Source: a virus
DNA length: 64,000 nucleotides
Virus record (IMG/VR): IMGVR_UViG_3300037337_000032
Coordinates: 10,498 to 74,497 of that record
Direction: 5' to 3' (one strand)
The notes under the pieces were generated by a model. The model was not told the origin of the DNA. It saw nothing but the letters and a program-made list of their open reading frames with translations, and did no database searches. This document shows, piece by piece, positions 1 to 8,747 of the stretch. The translations under genes were made by a program, and so were the position numbers. The stretch's first letter is position 1; the number at the start of each line of letters is the position of its first letter.

Positions 1-23
1 CTTAAAAATGAATAGGAGTTAGT

Positions 24-1745
24 TTGGCTGCATTTATTAGACACACAAGTTGCCCCAAGTGTAATAGCAAAGATAATCTTGCTGTTTACGCTGATGGTAG
101 TTATTTTTGCTTTAGTTACTGTGGGTATAAATCGGTAAGCGAAGATTTCAAAGAAGCAAATAAAAAGAGTATTATTAAAGTTCGCTCTAGCATTAAAAAG
201 GAAATAGAAAATATGGAAGTTAAACCTAGTAGTAAACCTGCAATGACACCAGAAGAAAATGCAGAAATTAAATCTGAAACTTCTGTTAAGGCAAAAGGCT
301 TTAGGGGTATTTCTGATGGCACATATTCAAAATTTGGTGTTCGTCATGCATTTGCAGAAGATACTGGAAAGGTAATTGAACAATACTATCCTTGTACTCA
401 AGATGGACAGCTCGTTGGATATAAGGTTCGTGAAGTGCCTAAAAACTTCTACTCAAGGGGTCGAACAGGAGCAGACTGTGAATTATTCATGCAGTTCAGG
501 TTCAATCGTGGTGGTAAGTATGTAGTCATTACAGAAGGTGAAGTTGATGCTTTATCTGCATACGATATGTTATCTGATTACAATAAGAGTAAAGGATGGG
601 ATTTTGAAACTGCTGTTGTTTCTCCTACTACTGGAGCTGGTTCATATAAACAGATTGCAGGTCAGTATAAGTTCTTTGATTCTTTCGATAACATTATTAT
701 TGCATACGATAATGACAAGGCAGGACAAAAGGCAACAGATCGACTTCTTAAAGTACTACCAAAAGGAAAAGTAAAGATTATGCCTATGCGTTTTAAAGAC
801 GCTAACGAATATTTAGATCAAAACGCATCTTCTTCTTTTGTGAGTGATTTCTATAGTGCTAAAAAGCAAGTACCTGTTGGTGTTCTTGCTTCTAGTAAGT
901 TATACGAACGAATCATGGGTCAGTCTGCAGTATCTAAGATCCCTTTTCCTCCTTTTATGCAGAAGCTTAACGAGTTGTTTGTAGGTGGTATGCCATTAGG
1001 ACACATTGTAAATATTGCTGCAGATACAGGCGTGGGTAAAACAACTCTCGTAAATGAATTAATTTATTATTGGATTTTTAATTCACCGCATACTGTAGGG
1101 ATTGTTTCAATGGAATTAGATGCAGGGCAGTATGGTGAAGTATTATTGTCTAGGCACTTAGAAAGAAAGATTGCTCTTATTGAAAGTCAAGAAGAAAAGA
1201 TCGCCTATCTCAGTAGTCCGCATGTAGTTGAAAAGGCCAGAGAACTTACAATTAAAGAAGATGGAGACTCTCGCTTTTATCTTTTAGATAATCGTGACGG
1301 TACAATTGAAGAGATCCAGGATACGGTTGAAGAACTTGTGTCTGCTTGTGGGGCTAAGGTAATTGTTTTAGATCCACTACAGGACATCCTAGACGGCCTG
1401 AGTAACGAAGAGCAAGCGGACTTTATGAAGTGGGCCAAAGGCTTTATCAAAAGTCACGGAATTACTTTCATCTTCATCAATCACATGCGAAAGACACCTG
1501 CAGGTCAAAATGGAGCAGATAGTGAGCAAAACATTATGGGGTCCAGTACAATTATTAAATCATCATCTGCAAATATTCTGCTTAAACGGGATAAGATGTC
1601 TGAAAGTGAAATTTTAAGAAATAGCACAGATATTATTGTTACTAAGAACCGTATCTGTGGTCTTACTGGTTCCGCTGGCTCTATTTACTACGACAATGCT
1701 ACACATACACTGCATAGCCTAGAGGAATGGCTAAGTAGTCACTGA
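24..1745 (+). CDS. T7 gp4-like primase-helicase
   Basis: N-terminal Zn finger (CPKC...YFCFSYC), TOPRIM (ITEGEVDALS; YDNDKAG), SF4 helicase Walker A ADTGVGKTT, LDPLQ, INHMRK, KNR motifs. Confidence 0.95.
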   Translation: MAAFIRHTSCPKCNSKDNLAVYADGSYFCFSYCGYKSVSEDFKEANKKSIIKVRSSIKKEIENMEVKPSSKPAMTPEENAEIKSETSVKAKGFRGISDGTYSKFGVRHAFAEDTGKVIEQYYPCTQDGQLVGYKVREVPKNFYSRGRTGADCELFMQFRFNRGGKYVVITEGEVDALSAYDMLSDYNKSKGWDFETAVVSPTTGAGSYKQIAGQYKFFDSFDNIIIAYDNDKAGQKATDRLLKVLPKGKVKIMPMRFKDANEYLDQNASSSFVSDFYSAKKQVPVGVLASSKLYERIMGQSAVSKIPFPPFMQKLNELFVGGMPLGHIVNIAADTGVGKTTLVNELIYYWIFNSPHTVGIVSMELDAGQYGEVLLSRHLERKIALIESQEEKIAYLSSPHVVEKARELTIKEDGDSRFYLLDNRDGTIEEIQDTVEELVSACGAKVIVLDPLQDILDGLSNEEQADFMKWAKGFIKSHGITFIFINHMRKTPAGQNGADSEQNIMGSSTIIKSSSANILLKRDKMSESEILRNSTDIIVTKNRICGLTGSAGSIYYDNATHTLHSLEEWLSSH

Positions 1746-1748
1746 TAG

Positions 1749-1778
1749 TTGACTTAAGACCTAAAGTTGTGATAGACT
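1749..1778 (+). promoter_or_regulatory. sigma70-like promoter overlapping a hairpin
   Basis: TTGACT-18 nt-TAGACT with TG extension; overlaps inverted repeat AAGACCTAAAGT/ACTTTGGGTCTT. Confidence 0.5.
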
Positions 1779-1806
1779 TTGGGTCTTGTTTATTTGGAAG
1801 GAACAC

Positions 1807-4104
1807 ATGCGTTACATCATTGACATCGAGAGTACAAACCTACTACAAAATGGTTTAGATTACTCTTCTATGCCTTACACTTTAAAACCAGATTATAAAG
1901 TTTGGTGCGTAGTTGTGCGTAACATTGACACAAATGAAGTGCAATCGCTAGTAAAAGAAGAGATCACTTACAAGAATTTGAGCAGTATTTTAGAGGATTG
2001 TACGGAGCTTATCGGGCATAATATTGTAGCTTTTGACTTACCTGTTCTTATGCTCTATGGTGCATTAGACTATAGCGTAGGGTATCCAGATCAGAGTAGT
2101 ACACTCTTTGGTAAACCTGTAACTATTACAGATACACTTCTGTGGTCAAAACTTTTAAATGCAGATAGACTTGGAGGTCATAGTCTAGATGCCTGGGGTA
2201 AACGTTTAGGAAATACAAAGGCGCACTTTAAGGAATGGGATCGTTTCTCTCAAGAAATGCTAGACTATTGCATTCAAGACACTAGCGTAAACCATTCAGT
2301 ACTTACTGAAATTATTAAAGAGCAAGGTAAGACTGCTTGGAAAAGACCGTATAGTATGGAGGTAAAACTAACCGACCTTACTCTACGACAGGAACTCTTT
2401 GGTTTTGACTTTAACGTAGAACTGGCACATAAAAACGTAGCTGAACTATCTGGTTTTATGCAGGGTATTGCAAAGACCGTTGATCCTCTATTACCTAAGA
2501 AACGCATGACACAAGGCAACGCAAGTTTCTACCAGTTACCAAAGATCCGTTTCAAAAAGAATGGCGAAGTATCGTCTAATCTCATTAAGTTCTGTGAAAA
2601 GCTGGGTGCTGTACTATCAGAAGACCACCAAACTATTTTATATGATAATAAAGCATTTCCTATAACCACAGAAGTACCTCTAAAAAGTGAAGAGGAAGCA
2701 GATATTGAAGATATCGATGTAGTTAAGAGTTATTTACTAACACTGGGTTGGATTCCGTCAGAAGTAAAAGAGCGTGATATCGTAAAGAAAACAGATAAAA
2801 GTCTAAGAGATTATGATGGTATCATTGAAGCGATTGATAGGTATGTAAAGCAAACAGAGAACTCTGTATTTCGTGAGTTGCGCTTAGACTTCTTAGGTGT
2901 ACGCATGGACAATCTTCGTGCATTTCTTATCAAGAAGATTAACGGTACAAAACCTATTTACTTACCAACTACACCTAAACTAACTGTAGGATTAGAAAAA
3001 GAGATATGCCCTAATCTTATTGCACTTGGTGAAAAAGGTGATTTCGTAAAAGATGTAGTGCATTATTATACCTACAGGCATCGAAAGAACTCTATCTCTG
3101 GTGGTGCATTAGATGAAGATGGCGAGCCTATGACTGGTTTTCTAAGCGCAGTACGCGAAGATGGTCGTATACCTACACCTGCAGATACTTTAGGTGCAAA
3201 CACTGGGAGATACCGCCATAAGATTGTCTGTAATGTACCAAGGGTTACTTCTTTGTACGGGGAACAGATGCGTAGTTTATTTGGGAGTGGTAAAGGCTTG
3301 TGGCAACTTGGGTATGACTTTGCTTCACTAGAAGCTAGGGTTATGGGACACTATGTACTTCCTTATACTGATGGTGTAAATCTTGCAGATGCACTAGTCG
3401 CAGAAAAACCTAATGATATTCACAGTATTAATGCAGGTAAACTAGGTATTGATCGTACATCTGCCAAAAGTTTTTCATATGCAGCCATTTACGGCGCTCA
3501 ACCTAAAAAACTATCTAAGATGCTAGGCATCAGCGAAGCAGAGGGTCAAGCGTTATTTAAAGACTATTGGGATGCTGTACCTGCACTGAAGGAATTAAAA
3601 GAACGTGTAGAACAAAGATGGGAAGCAAGTGGCAAGAAAAGCATTCCGGGTATTGACGGTAGGTTGCTATCAACCCGAAGTAAGCACAGTCTTATTAATG
3701 TACTGTTTCAATCTGGTGGTGCTATTGCAGCTAAGTGGTCTGCTGTGCGTCTAGCTCAAGCAATGGAAGATGAGGGTATTTTAGGTGATCCTTTTAAGCA
3801 CAGTAAAAAAGATGTTAAAGTCTGGTGGTTGATCCACATGCACGATGAACAACAGATGGCATGTCATCCGAGCCTACTAAAGATTAAATCTTTTGAGTCT
3901 GAAGAAGAAGCTAAAGAATTTTGCAAGTTAAATGCAGGTTGTAGTGCTATCGGTCACGGTTCAAAGGGTGCTTACGTAGGTTTGAAGACCTTACCCGTAG
4001 ATTGCATTGAGAAAGGTATCAAACAAGCTTGCAATGAATTGAAACTCCGTGTAGACTTAGGCTTTGAATACATCCCCGGTGCAAATTGGGGGCAATGCCA
4101 CTAA
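1807..4104 (+). CDS. polA: family A DNA polymerase with 3'-5' exonuclease (T7-like)
   Basis: Exo motifs DIES, GHNIVAFD, YCIQD; pol motifs GYDFASLEAR, AKSFSYAAIYG (Tyr at T7 Y526-equivalent), HMHDE; ATG 1807 follows GGAAGGA. Confidence 0.95.
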   Translation: MRYIIDIESTNLLQNGLDYSSMPYTLKPDYKVWCVVVRNIDTNEVQSLVKEEITYKNLSSILEDCTELIGHNIVAFDLPVLMLYGALDYSVGYPDQSSTLFGKPVTITDTLLWSKLLNADRLGGHSLDAWGKRLGNTKAHFKEWDRFSQEMLDYCIQDTSVNHSVLTEIIKEQGKTAWKRPYSMEVKLTDLTLRQELFGFDFNVELAHKNVAELSGFMQGIAKTVDPLLPKKRMTQGNASFYQLPKIRFKKNGEVSSNLIKFCEKLGAVLSEDHQTILYDNKAFPITTEVPLKSEEEADIEDIDVVKSYLLTLGWIPSEVKERDIVKKTDKSLRDYDGIIEAIDRYVKQTENSVFRELRLDFLGVRMDNLRAFLIKKINGTKPIYLPTTPKLTVGLEKEICPNLIALGEKGDFVKDVVHYYTYRHRKNSISGGALDEDGEPMTGFLSAVREDGRIPTPADTLGANTGRYRHKIVCNVPRVTSLYGEQMRSLFGSGKGLWQLGYDFASLEARVMGHYVLPYTDGVNLADALVAEKPNDIHSINAGKLGIDRTSAKSFSYAAIYGAQPKKLSKMLGISEAEGQALFKDYWDAVPALKELKERVEQRWEASGKKSIPGIDGRLLSTRSKHSLINVLFQSGGAIAAKWSAVRLAQAMEDEGILGDPFKHSKKDVKVWWLIHMHDEQQMACHPSLLKIKSFESEEEAKEFCKLNAGCSAIGHGSKGAYVGLKTLPVDCIEKGIKQACNELKLRVDLGFEYIPGANWGQCH

Positions 4105-4137
4105 CGTAAACGCAGCAATGCTACAATGCAGGAGGAC

Positions 4138-4314
4138 ATGACTTACACCTACAAATACAATGAAGAATATGGTACACTACAGCAAATAGACGAAAATAGT
4201 GTACTAAAATCTAGCCTGAGTATGCCAAAGAGTGATCTAAATAGCATTGCTCAGTTGAACATAAAAGAAAATATTTTACGTAAAGTTGCCACAGATGTGA
4301 AAATTATTGTATAA
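4138..4314 (+). CDS. hypothetical protein
   Basis: Short ORF with GGAGG RBS before ATG 4138. Confidence 0.5.
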   Translation: MTYTYKYNEEYGTLQQIDENSVLKSSLSMPKSDLNSIAQLNIKENILRKVATDVKIIV

Positions 4315-4315
4315 T
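4286..4315 (+). promoter_or_regulatory. sigma70-like promoter for tRNA/ncRNA cluster
   Basis: TTGCCA-18 nt-TATAAT. Confidence 0.65.
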
Positions 4316-4391
4316 CTCTTTAGTTGGCTTGATCACCAACAACTCAGAGCTGAGATTGAGCTACTATCGGGTGCAAAGCCCGTCCAAATCT

Positions 4392-4466
4392 ACGGTGTTC
4401 GTTCAAAGGATAGGACAAGATTCTTCTAAAATCTTAATAGAGGTTCGATTCCTCTACGCCGTACCA
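4392..4466 (+). tRNA. tRNA-Arg(UCU)
   Basis: Acceptor ACGGTGT/ACGCCGT, anticodon arm AGATT-CTTCTAA-AATCT, T arm AGAGG-TTCGATT-CCTCT, encoded CCA. Confidence 0.93.
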
Positions 4467-4471
4467 GTTAT

Positions 4472-4572
4472 GCAACTGTAGCTCAGTGGTAGAGCAGGAA
4501 CCGACTCATGGCGAAGGGCCAAATGCAGTCGGGTAAACTAAGCCGTTGGTTCGAGTCCAACCAGTTGCACCA
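4472..4572 (+). ncRNA. tRNA-like RNA with anticodon arm replaced by an extended hairpin
   Basis: Perfect acceptor GCAACTG/CAGTTGC+ACCA, canonical D and T arms; ~43-nt arm with no 7-nt anticodon loop. Confidence 0.8.
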
Positions 4573-4580
4573 GTAAATTA

Positions 4581-4805
4581 GTCCCGGTAAGCCTGTTGCT
4601 TGTATCCCTAAAGTTAGCGGCTCAAACCTCCGAAGCGGGTGCAATCCCCGTTAACCTCTAAGTGCAAACTTAGAATTGTAAAAATACAGTAGTGATTTGC
4701 GATACTACGTAGGATTTCTAGCATGAGGACTGTCGTCCAAAAAAGCGCAACGATAAATTTCTCTTACGTGCGCAAAAAGACACTATAATACTGCTTAGGG
4801 GCAGT
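4581..4805 (+). ncRNA. putative structured ncRNA(s) in tRNA cluster
   Basis: No ORF; stems GTTAGCGG/CCGTTAAC, TCTAAGT-GCAA-ACTTAGA, GTAGT/ACTAC, pseudoknot ACGTAGGA/TCTTACGT with GCGC/GCGC. Confidence 0.5.
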
Positions 4806-4807
4806 TG

Positions 4808-4924
4808 TTATAGTTCAGTATATTTCAGGTTGGACAGTATTCGCGGTACTGTTATTTGGGATGGCGATTTAGTGTTTGTTCACTGAGGGGTACCATCTAA
4901 GATACGGAATATACTGAACTATAA
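4808..4924 (+). ncRNA. putative ~117-nt three-way-junction RNA
   Basis: 17-bp perfect closing stem TTATAGTTCAGTATATT/AATATACTGAACTATAA enclosing two G-U-containing hairpins. Confidence 0.6.
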
Positions 4925-4926
4925 TT

Positions 4927-5001
4927 GCGACAGTAGCTCAACGGAAGAGCAGGGTACTCATAATGCCTTGGTCGTGGGTTCAACTCCCACCTGTCGCACC
5001 A
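4927..5001 (+). tRNA. tRNA with CAU anticodon (elongator Met or Ile2)
   Basis: GCGACAG/CTGTCGC acceptor, GGGTA-CTCATAA-TGCCT arm, T arm GTGGG-TTCAACT-CCCAC, CCA. Confidence 0.92.
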
Positions 5002-5015
5002 AATAAAGGAGTAGT

Positions 5016-5837
5016 ATGCAAAATTTATTGATAGGCTCTAGGGCTTTAGCCTATTGGAATAAAAACCTCCAGATAAGTTCTAATGCAGATTGGGACATAA
5101 TTAGTGATAAGCCCATTGAAGGTGCTGAGTGGCACGACAGTAAGTTTCTAAACAATGCAGAGTTTGAACAATTTACGAATAGCAGCGATGTTATTGAATT
5201 TAACAATAACAAGGTTAGTGTTGTAAATATTTTTGGCTTGTCGATTATTAAAAGAAGTCATCTATGGCGTAGTCTGAGTTTTCAAAAGCACATTACACAT
5301 TACCATAAATACCTGACAAATTTTAAACGCAAGCAATATAATTCATATATGGAACAAATATTGCAAGAACGTATTTTACTTACAATGCAAGCATATCCGC
5401 AAGCATATCCAAGGTTAAATAAAAGAGTAGATGAATTTTTTGACGACTATGTAACAAAAAAATATAATCACGACTATTTACACGAACTAGTCGCTTACTA
5501 TGATAAACCACTGTATACTCGTATGCAACACAATCCAGACAGAGCTTGGTGCGATAAAGATCTCTGGAATGATCTAGCACTGGAAGATAAAACAAAATGC
5601 ATTGCTGAAGAAGTACAAGTAATTGCAATTGAAAGATTCATGGTGCCAAACGATTGGAAGTACTCTGTAAGACTTGCATATATAAAATCTTTAGATAAGG
5701 TATGTACTACTCTGTGCAGTGGTTGGTTTCGTGATCACGCGATTGACTACTATCCAGAAGTTTTAGCTTTATGTGATACACTAAGAATTGCCAAGATTAG
5801 AAAGGAACTTGAACTTCAATATACTTACTTAATTTAA
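5016..5837 (+). CDS. conserved phage protein, putative Pol-beta-type nucleotidyltransferase fold
   Basis: N-terminal LLIGSRAL...DWDII matches hGS/DxD NTase signature; AAGGAG RBS. Confidence 0.55.
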   Translation: MQNLLIGSRALAYWNKNLQISSNADWDIISDKPIEGAEWHDSKFLNNAEFEQFTNSSDVIEFNNNKVSVVNIFGLSIIKRSHLWRSLSFQKHITHYHKYLTNFKRKQYNSYMEQILQERILLTMQAYPQAYPRLNKRVDEFFDDYVTKKYNHDYLHELVAYYDKPLYTRMQHNPDRAWCDKDLWNDLALEDKTKCIAEEVQVIAIERFMVPNDWKYSVRLAYIKSLDKVCTTLCSGWFRDHAIDYYPEVLALCDTLRIAKIRKELELQYTYLI

Positions 5838-5879
5838 ATGTCAATGTTTAATAAAATTTATACATAAAAAGGAAATATA

Positions 5880-6230
5880 ATGCTAAATAATAAAGTAACT
5901 GAAATGCTAAATAACGCTGATAATAACGTTCTAAAAGAAATGTATGGTCGGGATTTTAATTGTAAATCTGATGCATACGATAGTGAAAATACTGCAGCTT
6001 TTAAGTTAAAATTAAGGGCTGAAAATATTGCTGTATTGTTAGAAGCTGAATATGGAGGCGAAGGTGAAGGAGAGGAATTCTGGACAGTGTACTCCTTTAC
6101 TAGAGGACTTGAAGTAGTATTAATTAAGCTAGATGGTTATTACCTATCCTATGACGGCTGTACTTACAAACAATTCTACGAAGTCTATCCCAAGCAAAAA
6201 TTTGTAACAGTATATGAACAGAGAGCTTGA
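5880..6230 (+). CDS. hypothetical phage protein
   Basis: ORF with RBS; YGGEGEGEEFW motif. Confidence 0.75.
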   Translation: MLNNKVTEMLNNADNNVLKEMYGRDFNCKSDAYDSENTAAFKLKLRAENIAVLLEAEYGGEGEGEEFWTVYSFTRGLEVVLIKLDGYYLSYDGCTYKQFYEVYPKQKFVTVYEQRA

Positions 6231-6255
6231 CTTATTTTTGCAAATTTGTTATAAT
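6227..6255 (+). promoter_or_regulatory. sigma70 promoter with extended -10
   Basis: TTGACT-17 nt-TATAAT, TGn extension. Confidence 0.75.
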
Positions 6256-6373
6256 TTAATTTACAATTAAGATTAATTGTACTAGTCCATCTAATATGGG
6301 CGGCTATTGACATTAACCGCTCTAATATGATCTAATATAGTCCGCAACCTAAACATCCTTGAAAGGGAAATAA

Positions 6374-7036
6374 ATGAACAAACTAACTGGAACTCTTCTT
6401 TACGTGCAATTGAATAAACCAACAAAAGCTTTTTTTAAAGCAGGAGAGGATAAAAAACCAGACGAATGGAAAGCATCTGTAGCGATTGTAGATGAAGACA
6501 TTATCGATGAATTTGAAGACTATTGCAAAACTGTAGATGCAAAAGTATCTGTAAAGAAGGTAAAAAGTACAGAGTTCAAAGCTACTTATAAAGTAGATGC
6601 ACCAGAAGGCGCAGGTAAAAATCTGTGGGTTGTTACTTTCCGTAAATCCACTGAGCTAGGAAAAACTGGCCGCGCTGTCCCCGATCAGTATAAGCCAAAA
6701 GTATTCGAGAAGATTAAAGACATTTTAGTTGACGTAACAAATACGAAACTACCTGCAAATGGATCTATTGGTTCAATTAGTATTGATGAATTTACACGCG
6801 ATAATGGAACAAGTTCAATGTACTTAAAGAATGTTCTTGTTACTAAAATGATTGAATATGTACAGGAAGAGTCTGAAGTATATATTCCAGGTAACGAGTT
6901 TAGCGAAGAAGTCCACGAAGTAGCGGCAATTGAAAAGACCCAAGTAAAAAATAAACCTGTGACAACACCTGCGGTTAAAACTAAAGCTAAAGCTAAGGTT
7001 GAAACCGAAGATTTTGATGATGATATCCCATTCTAA
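6374..7036 (+). CDS. putative single-stranded DNA-binding protein
   Basis: Acidic C-terminal tail ending EDFDDDIPF; position in replication module. Confidence 0.7.
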   Translation: MNKLTGTLLYVQLNKPTKAFFKAGEDKKPDEWKASVAIVDEDIIDEFEDYCKTVDAKVSVKKVKSTEFKATYKVDAPEGAGKNLWVVTFRKSTELGKTGRAVPDQYKPKVFEKIKDILVDVTNTKLPANGSIGSISIDEFTRDNGTSSMYLKNVLVTKMIEYVQEESEVYIPGNEFSEEVHEVAAIEKTQVKNKPVTTPAVKTKAKAKVETEDFDDDIPF

Positions 7037-7050
7037 TAGGAAAGTAAATA

Positions 7051-7248
7051 ATGAATAAACCTCTTATGAAAGTGTTAAGTATCCTACTTATAGTATTCCT
7101 GGTAATTCTATGTCTTATTTTTATACCTTTAATTACAATCTGGGCACTAAATACACTATTTCCTATTCTAGCCATCCCATATTCATTTTATAGCTGGTTA
7201 GCTGTAATTGTTATGAATGCAACGTGGATGTACAAACCTTCTTTTTAA
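7051..7248 (+). CDS. small membrane protein
   Basis: Two hydrophobic segments. Confidence 0.7.
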   Translation: MNKPLMKVLSILLIVFLVILCLIFIPLITIWALNTLFPILAIPYSFYSWLAVIVMNATWMYKPSF

Positions 7249-7259
7249 AAGGACTTAAT

Positions 7260-7508
7260 ATGCAAAATCAAAATACTACCCCAAGTACCCTTCAAAGTAA
7301 AGAAGCAATTGCTCGCCTAGTAAAGCTTTATACACAAGAACAATCTCTCGGTGAGGAAATCAAGGAAGTTAAAGATGCATGTAAAGCTGCAGGTTTTGAT
7401 CCTTCTGTGCTAAGTGCAGTAGCTAAAGCTATCGTAAAAGATGGAGTAGATAAACTAGTAGAAAAATCAGAGCTTACTTTAGAAGCTGTTCTAGTAGCAC
7501 GTAGCTAA
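7260..7508 (+). CDS. GapR/DsbA-like small dsDNA-binding protein
   Basis: EEIKEVKDACKAAGFD pattern typical of DUF2312/T4 DsbA-like proteins. Confidence 0.55.
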   Translation: MQNQNTTPSTLQSKEAIARLVKLYTQEQSLGEEIKEVKDACKAAGFDPSVLSAVAKAIVKDGVDKLVEKSELTLEAVLVARS

Positions 7509-7516
7509 CTTATTAC

Positions 7517-7548
7517 CCCTTCGGTCAAAAGCTGAAGGGTTTTTCTTT
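7517..7548 (+). terminator. Rho-independent terminator
   Basis: CCCTTCGGT/GCTGAAGGG stem followed by T-run. Confidence 0.8.
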
Positions 7549-7558
7549 AAGGAGAACT

Positions 7559-8536
7559 ATGACGGAAAGAATTCTAATTATTGACGCTGACCTTATTGCT
7601 TATAGATATGCAGCTGCTAATGAAACTAGAAGTATTAATGCCAAGCATTTAAAATCAGGTAAAGAAAAAGTATTTAAGAATAGAACTGAATTAAAGACCT
7701 TGCTAAAAGAAAAAGGCTTTGAGTTTAATGCAGATAAATATTCTATTCAGGATGTTCAGACAGCTTCTTCTATCACCTTTGCATTGCGAAACGTGAATGG
7801 TCTTATTAAGCGTTTAACAGAGCATACGTGGGCCGATAAGGTTGAGCTATATCTTGGATCTGGGAAAACATTTAGACACGACCTACCTCTACCTGTGGCA
7901 TATAAAAACAATAGATCAGATTTGTTAAAACCATTACAATTACAAAATGTAAGGCGCTATATGCAAGTAAAGCACAAAGCTGTGCTTATCCGGCACATAG
8001 AAGCAGATGATATGTTGAGTATACGTGCTTACGAAGAGTTAGCTAAGGGTAACTATCCTATTATTGTTTCTGCAGATAAGGATTCGCAACAGTCCCAGGG
8101 TATAGAAGTATTAGACTTTACGAAAGACGATTGGCAAGGTAAGGTTATACCTATTGTTGGATCTTTAACAAAAGTTAATAATGCTATTAAGGGGGATGGC
8201 TTAAAGTTTCTAGCCTTTCAAGTCCTAGCAGGAGATACCGCAGACACCTATAAAGGTTATGAATTATCTGAACTAAAATACGGACCTGTGAAAGCTATGA
8301 AAGCCCTAGATAGTGCAAATACAGAGCAAGAAATTTTACAGGTATTAATAAGTGAATTTAAACTTTTGTATCCAGATCCATTTACTTATTTTGACTGCCA
8401 CAGTGTAGAACACACAGAAGTAGATTGGTTTGATATGCTGCAAATGTATTGGCAATTAGCGTATATGAAACGCAGTATAGATGATGATAGTAGTTTTGTT
8501 AGATTTGCTTCGGAGAAAGGTATATATGTCAAATGA
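7559..8536 (+). CDS. 5'-3' exonuclease (T7 gp6/FEN-like)
   Basis: IIDADLIAY, YKNNR, EADD, DKD, GDTADTYKG motifs. Confidence 0.9.
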   Translation: MTERILIIDADLIAYRYAAANETRSINAKHLKSGKEKVFKNRTELKTLLKEKGFEFNADKYSIQDVQTASSITFALRNVNGLIKRLTEHTWADKVELYLGSGKTFRHDLPLPVAYKNNRSDLLKPLQLQNVRRYMQVKHKAVLIRHIEADDMLSIRAYEELAKGNYPIIVSADKDSQQSQGIEVLDFTKDDWQGKVIPIVGSLTKVNNAIKGDGLKFLAFQVLAGDTADTYKGYELSELKYGPVKAMKALDSANTEQEILQVLISEFKLLYPDPFTYFDCHSVEHTEVDWFDMLQMYWQLAYMKRSIDDDSSFVRFASEKGIYVK

Positions 8537-8747
8537 AAAAGAGCAACTAGTTTATAGGCTAAGGAAACGAGCAGAAATTCGCAGGAGTATTTCTGAGCGT
8601 AAATCAGTACAGGAAAATAAACCCGACAGAATCTCCGAATTACTAGAAGAAGCTGCAGATGAGATTGAAAAACTAACTTCTATTTCTGCTGAGCTTGAAG
8701 AAACTGTTAAACGGCTGTTGCTAAGAGAAGATGCAAACGACCATTGA
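8526..8747 (+). CDS. hypothetical protein
   Basis: ORF overlapping both neighbours; LLEEAADEIE motif. Confidence 0.65.
   Translation: MSNEKEQLVYRLRKRAEIRRSISERKSVQENKPDRISELLEEAADEIEKLTSISAELEETVKRLLLREDANDH

Noticed and set aside
4500-4545. Ordinary tRNA-Met(CAU) with an intron in the 101-nt element
   Set aside because: CTCAT is offset by 3 nt, and removing an insert does not restore a 5-bp anticodon stem
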